From Chiloscyllium plagiosum (taxonomy: Eukaryota), in the NCBI RefSeq assembly GCF_004010195.1, contig NC_057719.1, forward strand, positions 45,626,658 to 45,690,657: a stretch of DNA of 64,000 nucleotides, given 5' to 3'. The translations under genes and the position numbers were made by a program. Below the pieces are notes generated by a model. It searched no databases. It saw only the letters and a program-made list of their open reading frames with translations, and was not told the origin of the DNA. Shown in pieces: positions 26,562-39,319 of the stretch (position 1 is the stretch's first letter; each line of letters starts with the position of its first letter).

Positions 26562-27645
26562 CATAGAATCATAGTCATACAGTATGGAAACAGATCCTGT
26601 AGTACACACTGACCTTGTACACTGACCCAGGTCCAAGTAGTACACACTGACCTTGTTCCCAAACTAAACTAGTCCCACTTGCCTGCATTCAGCCCATATC
26701 CCTCCAAACCTTTCCTATTCATGTACTTTGGGGTGGCACGGTGGCTCAGTGCTGCCTCACAGCACCAGGGACCTGGTTTCAGTTCCTGCCTCAGGCAACT
26801 GTCTGTGTGAAGTTTGCACATTCTCCTCGTGTCTGCGCGGGTTTCCTCCAGGTGCCCTGGTTTCCTCGCACAATCCAAAGATGTGCATGTTAGGTGAATT
26901 GGTCATGCTAAATTGCCCATTGTCTTAGGTGTGTTAGTCAGGGATAGATGTTGGGGAATGGGTCTGGGTGGGTTACTGTTGAGAGGGTCGGTGTGGACTC
27001 GTTGGGCCAAATGGCCTGTTTCCATACTGTAGGGAATCTAATAATAATAATTATCTGAATGTTTTTTAAATATTGTAACTCCACCTGTATCCATTACTTC
27101 CTCTGGCAGCTCATTCCACATACAGACTACTCTCTATGTTAAAACGTTGTCCCAGTATTCTTTTTAACATTTTATCCTCTCATCTTAAAAATATGCCTCC
27201 TAGTTTTGAAATCTCCCGCCATGGGGAAAAGACCTTATGCATACCCATCAGGATTTTATAAACCTCCATAAAGCCACTCCTCAACTTCTTATGCTCCAGT
27301 GAAAAAAGTCCCAACCTATCCAGCCTATTTTTATAAGTCAAACCCTCCATTCCTGATAGCATTCTGGTAACTCCTTTACCCTGGTAAATCTCTCCAATTT
27401 AAATAATATCCTTCCTATAAGTGGGTGACCAGACCTGAGCACAGTACTCCAGAAGAGACCTTACCAACATCCTGTACAACCTCAACATGACATCCCAACT
27501 CCTATACTCAGAGGTCTGAGCAATGAAGGCAAGTGTGCTAAACGCCTTCTTAACCATCCTGTCTACCTGTGAGGCAAATTTGAAAGAGTTATATACCTGA
27601 ACCCCTAGGTCTCTCTGTTCTACAATATTACGCAGGGCCCTACTA
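26562..27645 (-). mobile_element. CR1 LINE 3' fragment nested in an older CR1
   Basis: LYRMLVRSLLEYCAQVWSP, with the 3' tail at about 26562. Confidence 0.88.
26730..27050 (+). mobile_element. HE1-type V-SINE
   Basis: Same family as 19360, inserted in a CR1 3' region. Confidence 0.9.
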
Positions 27646-28065
27646 TTTCCATTTGCTTTTATATTGTCCCTAACTTCTTTTGTCATCCATGAATGCCTCA
27701 TCCTCCCCTTAGTATGTTTCTTTTTTCCTTGGGATGAATTTTTGCTGTGCCTCCCGATTTACCTCCAGAAACTCCTACCATTGGTTTCCCTTCCAATCAA
27801 CTCTGGCTAATTCCTTCCTCAGGTCTTTGTTACCTTTACTCAACTGTAATACCGGTTAATATGATTTAAGCTTCTCCCTCTTAAACTGCAGGGTGAATTT
27901 TATCCTATTATAGACACTGTCCCTGAGGGGTTCCTCACTCATGCTCCCTAATTAAATCTGCCTCATTATACATCATCAAATCCAGAATTGCCTGTTCCCC
28001 TATGAGCTCTCCCATAAGCTGTTCCAAAAAAACCCTATCACATAGACATTCCGCAAATTCTTTTT

Positions 28066-28348
28066 AGAGTCATAGAGATGTACAGCATGGAAACAGACCC
28101 TTTGGTCCAACCCGTCCATGCCAACTAGATATCCCAACCCAGTCTGGTCCCACCTATCAGCACCTGGCCCATATCCCTCCAAACCTTTCCTATTCATATA
28201 CCCATCCAAATGCCTTTTAAATGTTGCAATTGTACCAGCCTCCACCACTTCCTCTGGCAGCTCATTCCATACACATACCACCCTTTGTGTGAAAAAGTTG
28301 TCCCTGAGGTCTCTTTTATTTCTTTCCCCTCTTACCCTAAACCTATCC
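28066..28348 (-). mobile_element. Young CR1 3' end
   Basis: NFFTQRVVCVWNELPEEVVEAGTIATFKRHLD plus tail. Confidence 0.92.
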
Positions 28349-29009
28349 ACTACCATTCTGATTTTCCCAGTCCACCTGCACATTGAAGGCCCCATGATTA
28401 TTGTAATAGGGCCTTATGTGGCTCTTCTATCTCCTGATTTACTTTCTGCCCCAAATTCTGAGTATTGTTATGAGGCTTGGACATAACTCCCATCAGGGTC
28501 TTTTTCCTTTGTGGTTCCTCAACTCTATGAACATAGATTCTATGCTTTCCAACTCAATATCACTTCTTGTTGTTGATTTAATTTTATTTCTTATGAACAA
28601 GGCAACCCCACACCCTCTGCCTAACTGCCTGTTCTTTCAATAGGATATTTAGTTCCCATCCCCTTGCAGCTACAAGTGGGTATACCCAGAACATCAGATC
28701 CACCATTTTTAGTCTGCACTACGAAGGTCATTTACCTTGTTTTGTATACTGTGTGCATTTAAGTAGTTCAGACATGGGTTATAAAGCCATCTGGGTGCTA
28801 ATAACATCCTACAACCCTGATTTGAAAAGATCAAAATGCTTCAGTCCCACTCAAAGAGCAACCCTGCTACCTCAAAGAACAAGTACCAGTCCTGCGTTGA
28901 CTGACCCCCTTCTCATAGTTGTCCACTTATTTACTGTACCTGAACTTAGATTCCTGAAACTTTCCATACTCTCTAACTTATTACCCCGTTCTGTAAACTT
29001 CAACATTTG

Positions 29010-29198
29010 CTGAACGCTCCTTCATCAGGTGGTAGTCACTATCACTATTACTATCAGGTTCTATCACTACCACCTGATGAAGGAGCGGCGCTCCAAAAGC
29101 TAGTGTGCTTCCAATTAAACCTGTTGGACTATAACCTGGTGTTGTGTGATTTTTAACTTTGTACACCCCAGTACAACACCGGCATCTCCAAATCATGG
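29010..29198 (+). mobile_element. Penelope-type terminal repeat (second family) with hammerhead and inverted partial copy
   Basis: CAC-CTGATGA-a-GGAGC ggc GCTCC-(A)AAAG-CTA-GTG at 29071-29105, with G12 mutated to A. 29015-29036 is the reverse complement of 29066-29087. Confidence 0.8.
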
Positions 29199-29667
29199 CC
29201 AGGGTTGGAGGATTTGAGCTACAGGGAGAGGTTGAATAGGCTAGGGCTGTTTTCCCTGGAGTGTCAAAGGCTGAGGCGTGTCCTTATAGAATTTTACAAA
29301 ATCATGAGGGGCATGGATAGAATAAATGGACAAAGTCTTTTCCCCTGGGGTGCGGGAGTCCAGAACTAGAGGGCATAGGTTTAGGGTGAGAGGGGAAAGA
29401 TATAAAAGAGACCTAAGGGGCAACTTTTTCACACAGAGGTTGGTACGTGTATGGAATGAGCTGCCAGAGGAAGTGGTGGAGTCTAGTACAATTGCATCAT
29501 TTAAAAGGCATCTGGATGAGTACATGAATAGGAAGGGTTTGGAGGGATATGGGCCAGGTGCTGGCAGGTGGGACTAGATTGGGTTGGGATATCTGGTCGG
29601 CATGGATGAGTTGGACCAAAGGGTCTGTTTCCATGCTGTACATCTCTCTTACTCTATGACTCTATGA
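29199..29667 (+). mobile_element. Young CR1 3' end
   Basis: RTRGHRFRVRGERYKRDLRGNFFTQR, with a CTCTATGA tail. Confidence 0.93.
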
Positions 29668-29882
29668 TGGCATATTTTGATTAACATATAATTGTGCATG
29701 CTATACTTCCGGTTTTCTGAGCTGCAGATCACACTCCCTCCGATGTTTGAGAGACAAGATTTTCGGCTCACAGTTCTGAGGTAGCAATAATTGTCATGAA
29801 GCTCCAATTGATTTCTTATGAGGCCCTTATAAGTCATTGCATTTTTTTCTACTGGCGGTAATGGCCTTACTGTTGGATCTTT

Positions 29883-30150
29883 GTGGCCTCACAGTGTCAG
29901 AGACCTGGGTTCTATTCCAGCCTCATGTGACTGTTTGTGTGGAGTTTGCATATCCTCTCCATGTCTTTAAAGATGTGCAGGTTAGGTGAATTGGCTGTAC
30001 TAAATTGCCTATAGTGTTCAAGGATGTGTAGGTTAGGTGCATTAGTTAAGGGTAAATGTAGAGTAATAGGGGATTGGTTATCCTACAGAGAGTTGGTGTG
30101 GACTTATAGGGCCAAACAGCCAGTTTCCACACTGTAATGATTCTATGATC
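29883..30150 (+). mobile_element. Degenerate HE1-type SINE
   Basis: tgtgtggagtttgca core and the family tail. Confidence 0.8.
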
Positions 30151-31034
30151 ATAATGTATTGAAAAGATTGGGGTTTTTCTTTGCAGAAAATCCTGCAGTT
30201 TAAACAATTCCCACCATTCTCACCTTCTTCCCCTGAAGCTAATTATTTGTTCCACGCTCTCACTGACTGAAACTTTCCATTTCTCCCAACATCATGATGT
30301 ACTAAAATGGGGTCGCAGTGGGAAAGGTTTTGTAAAGAACTCGCCCAGAGGTTACTCACAAGTGCTTCAGTAAGATCCCGATTTATTTTCTGTGGAGACA
30401 GAGGAGACTTTCTACCCTTCAGCCTGACAAAGGAATGTTTTAAATGTAGCTCTTTCGACCTCAATGTTTCCCCCAATATGATTTACTAAGCAGAGTAGTT
30501 TACGGGGTGTCCTATTCAGACATGGGTTATAAAGCCATCTGGATGTTAATGACATCCTAGAACCTGGATTTGAAAAGATCAAACACTTCAATCCCCCTCA
30601 AGACAGCATCCCTGCTACCTTCAAGAAGAGGCAGGTGGTAAGTCTTCAGAGATAACTACATGGGTGAGGTGGGTTAAAAACACCCTAAATACAACAAACA
30701 AAAACAACGTTAACATGTACAAAAACATAAAAATCTGAGACTTTGTACTTCTGAAATTAGACAAATACATTTATGAGTGTGACTCAGAGAAACAAAGTGA
30801 GCTGAAAATCACTTCCATGAGCTGGCACTGCACCATTGCTCCATAGGGAAATAGTAAACATCTTACATTCTTGATGAAATCCCTAGTGAGATTCAACTAA
30901 CGACATGGTTTCTCAAAGCCAAAAACAACAAATGAATATTATGCAATTATGAAGGAAAGCATAACTTCCCAGACTACAGACTATGTAAGTTGGACGTGAA
31001 CAAGATTATAATAGAGGACAGATGCACTAGAAAG

Positions 31035-32145
31035 TCATAATCATAGAGTCAAAGTCACACAGCAGAGAAACAGACCATTTGGTCCAACCAATCCATGCTG
31101 ACCATAATCACGAACTAAACTCGTCCCAACTGCCTGTGCTTGGTCCATATCTCTCCAAACGTTTCTTATTCATGTAGTTATCCAGATGTCTTATCAACAG
31201 TGTAACTGAACCATATCCACCAATTCCTCTGGAAGTTTATTCCACACACAAATTGTAAAAAAATTGCCCTTCATGCCTTGTTAAACCTTTCTCCTCTAAC
31301 CTTAAATGTGCTCCTTAGTCTTGAAATCCCCCACCATAGGGAAATGGCACCTGCCTTTCACCTTATCTGAAACACATTGTGATTTTATAAACCTCTGTAA
31401 GGTCACTCATCCTATACTCAAGTGTAAAATGTCCCAACTTAATCCAGTCTTTCCTTATAACTCAAACCCTCCACTTCCAGCAACAACTTTGTAATTTTCT
31501 TCTGAACCCTTTCCAGTTTAATAATATCCTTCCTTTAACAGGGCAACCAGAATTGGACATAGTACTTCAGAAGAGGCCTCGTCAAAGCCCTGTACAACCT
31601 CAACATGACATTCCAATTTCTATACTCAAAGTTCTGAGCAATTAAGGCACGCGTGCTAAAAGCCTTCTTAACCACCCTCTCTATACCTGACACAAACTTC
31701 AAAGAATTATGTACCTGAATCCCTAGGTTTCTCTGTTCTATAACACTACCCGAGCCACTCCGTTTAATTGTATAAGTCCTGCCCCTGTTTGCATTACCAA
31801 TACCTTGCATTTATCCATCTGCCACTCCTCAGCCCATTGACCCAATTGATCAAGATCTCTTTGTAATCTTAGATAACTTTCTTCACTGTCCACTGTATCA
31901 TCAATTTTGGTGTCATCTGCAAACTTACTAACCAAGCCTTCTATATTCTCATCTAAATCATTGATATAAATGGCAAACAAAAGTGGACCCATTACTGATT
32001 CCTGTGGAATACCGCTGGTAACAGGCCTCAGTCTGAAAAAGCCTCTACCACCATGCTGTCTCCTGCCGTTAAGCCAATTTTGTATACAATTGGCAAGCTC
32101 ACTCTGAATCCATGTGATCTGACTTTACGAATTAGTCTATCTTGC
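31035..32145 (-). mobile_element. CR1 LINE fragment
   Basis: [29 protein letters not shown]. Confidence 0.93.
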
Positions 32146-32659
32146 AATCATAAAACCACAAGATTTAGGAGTAGAAATAGACCATTTGATCTGTCAAGTC
32201 TGCTCTACCACTGAATGAGATCATGGGTGATCTGGTAATCCTAAAATTCCGCTTTCCTGCTTTATCCCCATAATCTTTGATCCCCTTATGATTTAATAAT
32301 ATATCTAACTCAGCCTTGACTACACTTATTTACCCAGCATATTTGTGCAGTGCTACAGGGACAGATCCAACTCAAAGCCATAGGCTCCTCCATTTAAATA
32401 TGTTTATCAGACCGCAGGTATCTCAGGGCAGGCATTTTTAGGCAATCAGCACTCTGAGTAAAATAAAAACAATGACATTTGTGGGCAGAGGAGAAGCAAG
32501 TTGTTGTGCTATGGCTGCCTGAAAGAGGAATGAAACAAATACAATTTTAACATTCAAAGAGGAACTTGATCTCTACTTCAAAAGAAAATGATTTAGGAGG
32601 GGAAAACTGTTAGTAAGTCCAGTTGCATAGGTCATTCAGAGAGTAGACTTTAAAGGCAT

Positions 32660-32760
32660 AAACAAAAACAGAAGTTGCTGGAAAAGCTCAGCAGGTCTGG
32701 TAGCAACTGTGAAGAGAAATCAGAGTTAACGCTGCAGGTCTGGTGACCCTTCCTCAGGAC
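32660..32760 (-). mobile_element. Penelope pLTR-derived unit with degenerate hammerhead
   Basis: Reverse complement reads CTGAGGAAGGGTCACCAGACCTGCAGCGTT. Same family as 61060-61225. Confidence 0.65.
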
Positions 32761-32846
32761 TGCACATTGGAGGCAAGATGGCTGAGTGGCCTCATTCTGG
32801 GCTGTATGATTCAAGAATTATATTGACTCCTTCGGTGCTCCCTTCT

Positions 32847-33197
32847 GGATGGCACAGTGGTTAGCACTGCTGCCTCACAGTGCCAGGGACCTGGGTTTGA
32901 TTGTAGCCGCGAGCAAAACTGTCTGTGTGGAGTTTGCACATTCCCCTCGTGTCTGCGTGGGTTTCCTCCAGGTGTTCTGGTTTCCTCCCACTGTCCAAAG
33001 ATGCCTAGGTTAGGTAAATTGGCCATGCTAAATTGCCCAGAGTGTTCAGGGATGTATAGGTTAGGTGCATTAGTCAGGGGTAAATGTAGAGTAATAGGGT
33101 AAGGCGATGGGTCTGGGTAGCTTACATTTCAGAGGGTTAGTGTGGACTTGTTCAGCCGAATGGTGAGTTTCTACACTGTCAGGATTCTATTCTATTC
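32847..33197 (+). mobile_element. HE1-type V-SINE
   Basis: ggcacagtggttagcactgctgcctcacag head, V-domain and tail. Confidence 0.9.
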
Positions 33198-34117
33198 TCT
33201 CTTCCTCCTTATCCCCAGCTAACCACTATTCCTTCTTATTAATTTTAAATATCGTATTTCCTCAGGAAAATGGTGACGTGTTTCTGTGCCTGTCAAATCA
33301 ATTCCTCTGAGAGTACAGCATTGACCATTGTAACCGGCTGCTGGTCTGCGACCCTGTTGTAAAGGGATACGAATCCAAATAGTGTGAAATAGACTAAACT
33401 GTAAAGCAATTTAGTAAATTGCAGCTTATTATTTAACAGGCCTGAAACACTGAGAATAGTACATTTTGTCAGACTTAGCTTTACGTAGGTTACCACTTTC
33501 TTCTGGAGAATATTACCAGGGAATGAAATGAAATCTCTCATACTGGTACTGAGTGCATTTGAGCATTAAGGACCGTCACAAGAATAATTTACGTAAACAC
33601 CAAAGGAAACAATTACGTGTGTTCTGAAAATAAATGTTGCGGTAAGGAATTTATGTTTTAAATGCTTCCTGAGGCAAACCATTAATGAAAAGCATAAAAT
33701 TGGATATGCAAAGGAATGAGTTATAACTCAGTTTAAGAGACAAACTGCTCCCCTGTGGAAGAAATGCAAATCTTTGCCATAGTTTTTACACATACATTAT
33801 TTTTTTAACTCAAGACATTTCTGATGTATTCTTTGCAATATTATCCAGCAGTCTCTTTAAGTAAAGCCACTCAACAGAAAGTTGCACTGTGCACATGTAA
33901 CCCTGAATCATTTTCAGATTCAAGTCTCATTTGATCAATGTCACAGCAACACCATCTCGGAATTATTGAGTGCCTTTAGTATCATAAGTCTCCTAGGGAG
34001 CTTCACAGGAACATCATAAAACAAATTATGACACTGAACAACGAAAGGAGATATTAGTTCAAATGACCAAAGGAGGAAAGTGAATGGAGAAGCAGAGAAG
34101 TGTAAGGAGGGAACTAA

Positions 34118-34425
34118 AGGTGATGGCCTAATGGTATTATCGCTAGATTATTAATCCCAAGACTCAACGTTCTGGGTACTTAGGTTTGAATCCTGGTGAA
34201 ATTTGAATGCAATAAAAATCTGGAATTAACAGTCTAATGATGATCATGAATTGATTGTCAGGAAAACCCATTTGGTTCACTAATTTCCATTCTTACCTGG
34301 TCTGGCCTATATGTGACTACAGATCCGCAGCAATGTGGTTGACTTTTAATTGCCCTCTGAGTAATTAGGGATGAGCAATAAATGCTGGCCTAGCCTGCAA
34401 CATCCATTTCCCATGAATGAATTTT
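34118..34425 (+). mobile_element. tRNA-derived SINE (second family)
   Basis: A-box tggcctaatgg, B-box ggtttgaatcc, and a LINE-like tail gcaataaatgctggcc...atgaatgaat. Confidence 0.75.
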
Positions 34426-35195
34426 CTAAAGTCCCAGAGCTTTGGATCTGGGCAACTAAAAGTGAAGCCACCAATAGTTTGGCGTTTAAAGTTGGGGATA
34501 ATTAAGAGGCTAGAATTAGAAGAGGAGGTAGGAGCAAGATCACATCATAATTTGAAAACACAGATGAGAATTATAAAATCAAGCAATTGCTGAACTGGGA
34601 TCCAATGCATATCAGCAAGCACAGGCATGATGGAGGAACTAGACTTGCTGTGATTTAGACATAGAAAGTTTTGATCAACCTCAGATTTACAGTGTACAGT
34701 GTGAAAAACCAACCAGGAGTGCATTGGAGTAGTCAAGGCTCGAGGTAACAAAAATATGGATGGAGGATTCAGCAGCAAATGAGCTGAGACCAGTATGAAG
34801 TTAGCTGATGTGATTGAAGTGTAAATACATGGCATTACCAAATACATCAAAATAAAGCCGAAAGTTTTTATTGGGGTTAAATATGACATGAAGGTTGCAA
34901 GGGATTTGGTTAAGTCTCAGATTATTGCCAGAGAGAGAGATGGAGTTAGGAGCCAGGGAACAGAGTTTGGAGCGGAGACTGAAAGCAAAGGCTTCAATCT
35001 TCCTAATGTTTAATTGCAAAAAAATGTTTGCTCCTCCAATAAAGAATGTTGAATAAGCAGACTGATAATTTAGCAACAAGGGAGGAGTCAAGAGAGGTGG
35101 TAATGCAGTAACACTGGGAGCTTCAGGGTACATGTTAAAGTTGATGCATTGCTTTCAGATGATGTCACGGGGGGGGGGTAGTATTTTGATAAGTA

Positions 35196-35973
35196 TGTTA
35201 CAACATGGTGGTGAACCCTTCTGCTAATTAGAGCAAACACCCAGAAAAGCTCACCTCAGCTCGTAATCTGTTAAAATGAGTGACAGAAAATGCCCAAATT
35301 CTACTATTTAAAGAAAATAATATCAATTTCTTCCTTAACTCTAAAAGTGAACATTAAACAATAAGCATTCACAACTCTAAGCTCCACTTTCTCTTAACTG
35401 CTTTTTATCTGTTTCCAACTCTATAACAATATACTGTTCCAATAAAATACTTATTACAATTGCATCAACTTAATTTCAAAACCATACAGCGGCTTTCATC
35501 TCTGGTGTCTGTCATCTTCCAGCTGAAGATCTCCATGGGTCGTTGTCTTTCTTTTACTGCAAAGATGTTTCATATGAAAAGGTACTTTTGATAGACACTG
35601 TTTTTGAATGGCAGTCTTTTTTGATGGCAGTTACTCTCTCAATGGCAGTTATTCTGCCTGACTTTCAAAATGCCTTTTTTTTTAATATCCCCACATTGGA
35701 TCAACTCATTGGTTTGATGTTGGCAAAAACAATAAATTCAAACTTGATTGGGTTTTATCCTGGGGTATAATTTAAACTGATTGGTTAAATTTGAACTGTT
35801 GTCAAAACAGCAACCAACTTTGGTATCTATTTCATAGCCAAGTGTTACATATTTCCAATTTTCTAGTACACTTTGAGACTGCTTGTTAGTCTCACAAGTG
35901 CTTATTAGCTCTCAGTTCAGAACAGCATTCACTCTCTCTTAAAGGTACAGTACACACTTTCAATTTCATAACA
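35196..35973 (-). mobile_element. Probable solo LTR (Gypsy-like)
   Basis: Termini TGTTA...TAACA, 778 bp, inserted into L2, with flanks agta/agaa as an imperfect 4 bp TSD. Orientation is tentative. Confidence 0.7.
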
Positions 35974-36936
35974 AGAAGTTGGAGGGGTCCAAGGACAAAT
36001 CCTTTGGGAACATAGAGTAAACGTATGGGAGATGGAAATGATTCTGTGGCTACAATTGAATAGATAAGAATGAAACCAAGTGAGATCAATCCCTCAGTTT
36101 GACAACACCAGAAGATGATGGAGGAAGCTATTGTATTTGCCCGCGTCAAAGGTTGCCAACAGAGTAAGAAGAATGACAAGGGCAAGTTTATCTTTGTCAC
36201 AATAAGAATCAGATTTCTTTTACTTGTGTAAGAGCTATTTTCATAATGTGATGGGACAGATACAGGGTTGAAGGAGTCTAAACACGGAGTTCTAGGAAAG
36301 GTAGGAATGAATTTGACAAACATCATGTTTAAAGACTTTCCGACAAATGGTGACATCTGATTGTAGTTGGTGTCCATGAGGGTCAGAAATTATTCAATTC
36401 TCACACTAATCCTGTCACCAAATTGATTCAATGAAGGGAAGATTGCAGTACAGTCAAGCACAGGGAAATAGCAATTTATGGTATTTTGTAGAGTCAGGAA
36501 GAACACATTTAACTTTGTGCCTTCAACATTTGGATTTCTCCTTCAAGTGTCCATAGACAATGGTAAACAACATCCGATGCTTAATTTGCAAAGTTTACAA
36601 CTATATGTTTTCATAAGTGGATCTTCAGTTGCCAGCATTTCAGAGCACTGTAAGTTTTCATTCAGTGTTACTGGTCAGGTTTTTAGTGTTTTTTTTTTAA
36701 TTAGCTCACATCTAACTTTATGACTGCATCTCATACATTTGTATTGGGATCTGAAGTCTCCTCTACTCTTCTAACTTGACAATCCACACTAAACATAATC
36801 AAGATGTTCAGCATGATGTACACAACATCCTTTTCCTCAAACATCCCAAATCTATTCTCCATGTAAAGCTCTTGCCATAGTATGATACTATGATACTCGA
36901 ACTACAGGGAATATTACCTTAATGGCAAAATAATAT

Positions 36937-37141
36937 CAAGGCAGTCCCCGTGTTGCAAACCGTTTATTTGTATACAAGTTAGGACATAATTCAGGACAAT
37001 CTAAAACAGCCATTTGAAAGTACAAGGAAATGTTCATATGTTGGACCTTTAAAATTAACATTAATATATTCCTGTATGGGATCCTATTCATAAGTATGAG
37101 TATTTATACGTTAGGCATTCATAAATCAGGGACACACTGTA
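36937..37141. mobile_element. Degenerate Tigger-like MITE
   Basis: Imperfect TIRs: caaggcagtccccg...aac and ttcataaatcagggacacactg|ta. Confidence 0.45.
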
Positions 37142-37969
37142 TCGGGGATTCTTGGACAGAAAATGTTGGAAATATTCAGAAGGTCAGGCAAAATCTGTTG
37201 AGAAAGAAACAATGGTTCTGCCAAAAAGCCATCAAAGTGAAATACTCATCCTATTGTCCTCAAAGATGTTTTCGATTTGGAGGAGGTAACAATCAGACTT
37301 TATAGTGCACTGATCAGACTCTACATTAAATAATATTGGGAATCCAGGAGGTTATTCAAGGCTGTGCCATATCAGCTAATCTTTCTTATCAAGGATTTGA
37401 ATTATAAGGAAAGATTAAAAAAAAAATAAGGAAAGATTAAAAAAGATGGGATCCAACTAACAGATGACCTTATAGGGGTGGATGACATTACCGAAGGTAT
37501 AAAATTTGTTAATACTATGAGAGTAGAATTAGGAACCCACACTAAAAAAAGGATTAAGAAATATCTTGAACTCCTGTACTGAAAAGGAAACTCCAATGTT
37601 GGTAGCAGAGAGGAAGAAACAGCTTCTGTTGAGAATTATAAACTCAAGATTGCTGTCCTGGAAGCCAATGTATTTCAGTGAGCACAGGGCTGATAGATGA
37701 GTTTTGAACAACTTCAGGTATACAGCGTACAGTGGAGGAAACCAACCGGCAATGCATTGAGCTGGTTGAAATTCGAGCTAACAAAAGCGTAAATGAGTGT
37801 GTGTTGCGGTCTTTTTAGATCATGGACCAGAGTGAGAGACAGAGACAGTAAAATGGCCTTCAGCTGTCTTTGTTCGGAGAACTTGCTGTTACAGGTTTCT
37901 GAGCTGAAGCTACAGCATTGAGTGGAAATGGCTTTCTTATACCATAAGACAGCTCAGTATTATGATCAA

Positions 37970-38084
37970 CATTTTTAGGATACAACTATCAATACATTAA
38001 TAGTTTTAACATTTACAGCATGCAGTTATCAGTTCATTGATATGTCGAGCATTTACAGGGTACAGTTATCAATTCATTGAAATG
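37970..38084. repeat. Tandem repeat, 40 bp unit, about 3 copies
   Basis: cattt.cag..tacagttatcaattcattga recurs at 37970, 38010 and 38050. Confidence 0.85.
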
Positions 38085-39319
38085 ATTCTCCTTTCCGTGG
38101 TTTTGATGGTTTATTTGTTTTATCTGGAAAGTACTTGAAACTGACCTATTCAGACAGGTACTTGAGAACTGTTCAGTTGAAGTGGTTTAGACCAAATGTA
38201 AACAATGCACCTGACTCCTGATGGGCAGTCAAGGGCTTTTACTATTGTTAGACACTCATGCCCACCTGCACTCTTCAGTTCCATTTTTATCAGTATTGTT
38301 GCCACTGGAAATTTTGATTCCAATCTAATGAAGTTTCTCTGATTCATTTAATTCTCCTCTTTTATTCTTTCCTGCCCTGTGGGTTTCTGCTGAAGCCCAC
38401 GACTGCAGGAGTGGGTGTTTTAATTTGGTCTATCTTGTAATAGTAAAATATACTACTGAATCGCAGTTTTATGAATGAATGAATAGACCCTGCTATAGTA
38501 GGGATTTATGAATGAGTAAATATAAAGTGCTTGTGAGTGCGTTAGCGAAGAGACCTACAGTCCCGAATGCCACAGGTGTCAGCATCAGCTGAGCTAAGAC
38601 TAGCACGATGTTGGGCAATGTGACTGAAGTGAAAGTGTGCAGCATTGTGAAAGCGTCAAAAATTAGGTCAATGGTTCATCTTGGGAAAAAAACATGAATG
38701 TTGCAAGAGGATTGGTTAAATCTCAGAATACGGAGTCAGCAGCCAGGAAATGGAGTTTGGAGTGGGAGACCAAGTACAAAGACTTCAATTTTCTGCTGAA
38801 ATAATCCACCATTCTCTTCCCTTCCATTTATAGGACCATTGTGTTTTCAAAATGCTTCGAGTTAGTGAACAAATGTCAAGTACTGCTGAATAACGAACTA
38901 TTTCTGAGGTGACAATGAGCAGCAATGTGTATTTTTATAGCACCTTTAAGGTGTTTTTTAAACAGTAACAGAAAGCTATAAAACTTAAAGTTGGCAGCAT
39001 CAAGCTATATGAGTGAGTGGGTACATATGTTTTTCTTGGAACCCTGGAAATGAGCAAGAGGCAGCACTCAATACTTATCTCACCAGAGAAGAGTGGGAGG
39101 TTCGTAAAGTTATTGCAAATTCTCAAAGAGAACAAATCCAATAATTTAGCTTCTCCAATCCCACACATGTTCTGGTTACACAAGCAATTATGTTAATGTT
39201 GTTATTATATTGTATTATATTTTTAAGATTGGATTTTAACTCTTTGTCTCTTTATTCCATTTGAATTGAGGAACCCTCACTCTGCATGTTAAAGTCAACA
39301 TTTTGTTCAAATCTCTTTT

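Larger units (their letters stand above)
23976..28950 (-). mobile_element. Long CR1 LINE remnant carrying nested insertions
   Basis: WQPITSGVPQESVLGP and other ORF2 pieces run back to a probable endonuclease region (about 28350-28760). Interrupted by Penelope, SINE and younger CR1 inserts. Confidence 0.85.
33960..36450 (-). mobile_element. L2 LINE remnant interrupted by a SINE and an LTR
   Basis: MHWIPVQQLLDFIILICVFK (the L2 LHWLP..RIDFK motif), LQLNIRKIEAF, and VPKGFVLGPL. Confidence 0.8.

Noticed and set aside
37970..38084. Regularly spaced repeats considered as CRISPR-like (also 52888-53215)
   Set aside because: The context is vertebrate, there are no unique spacers between conserved repeats, and there are no cas genes.
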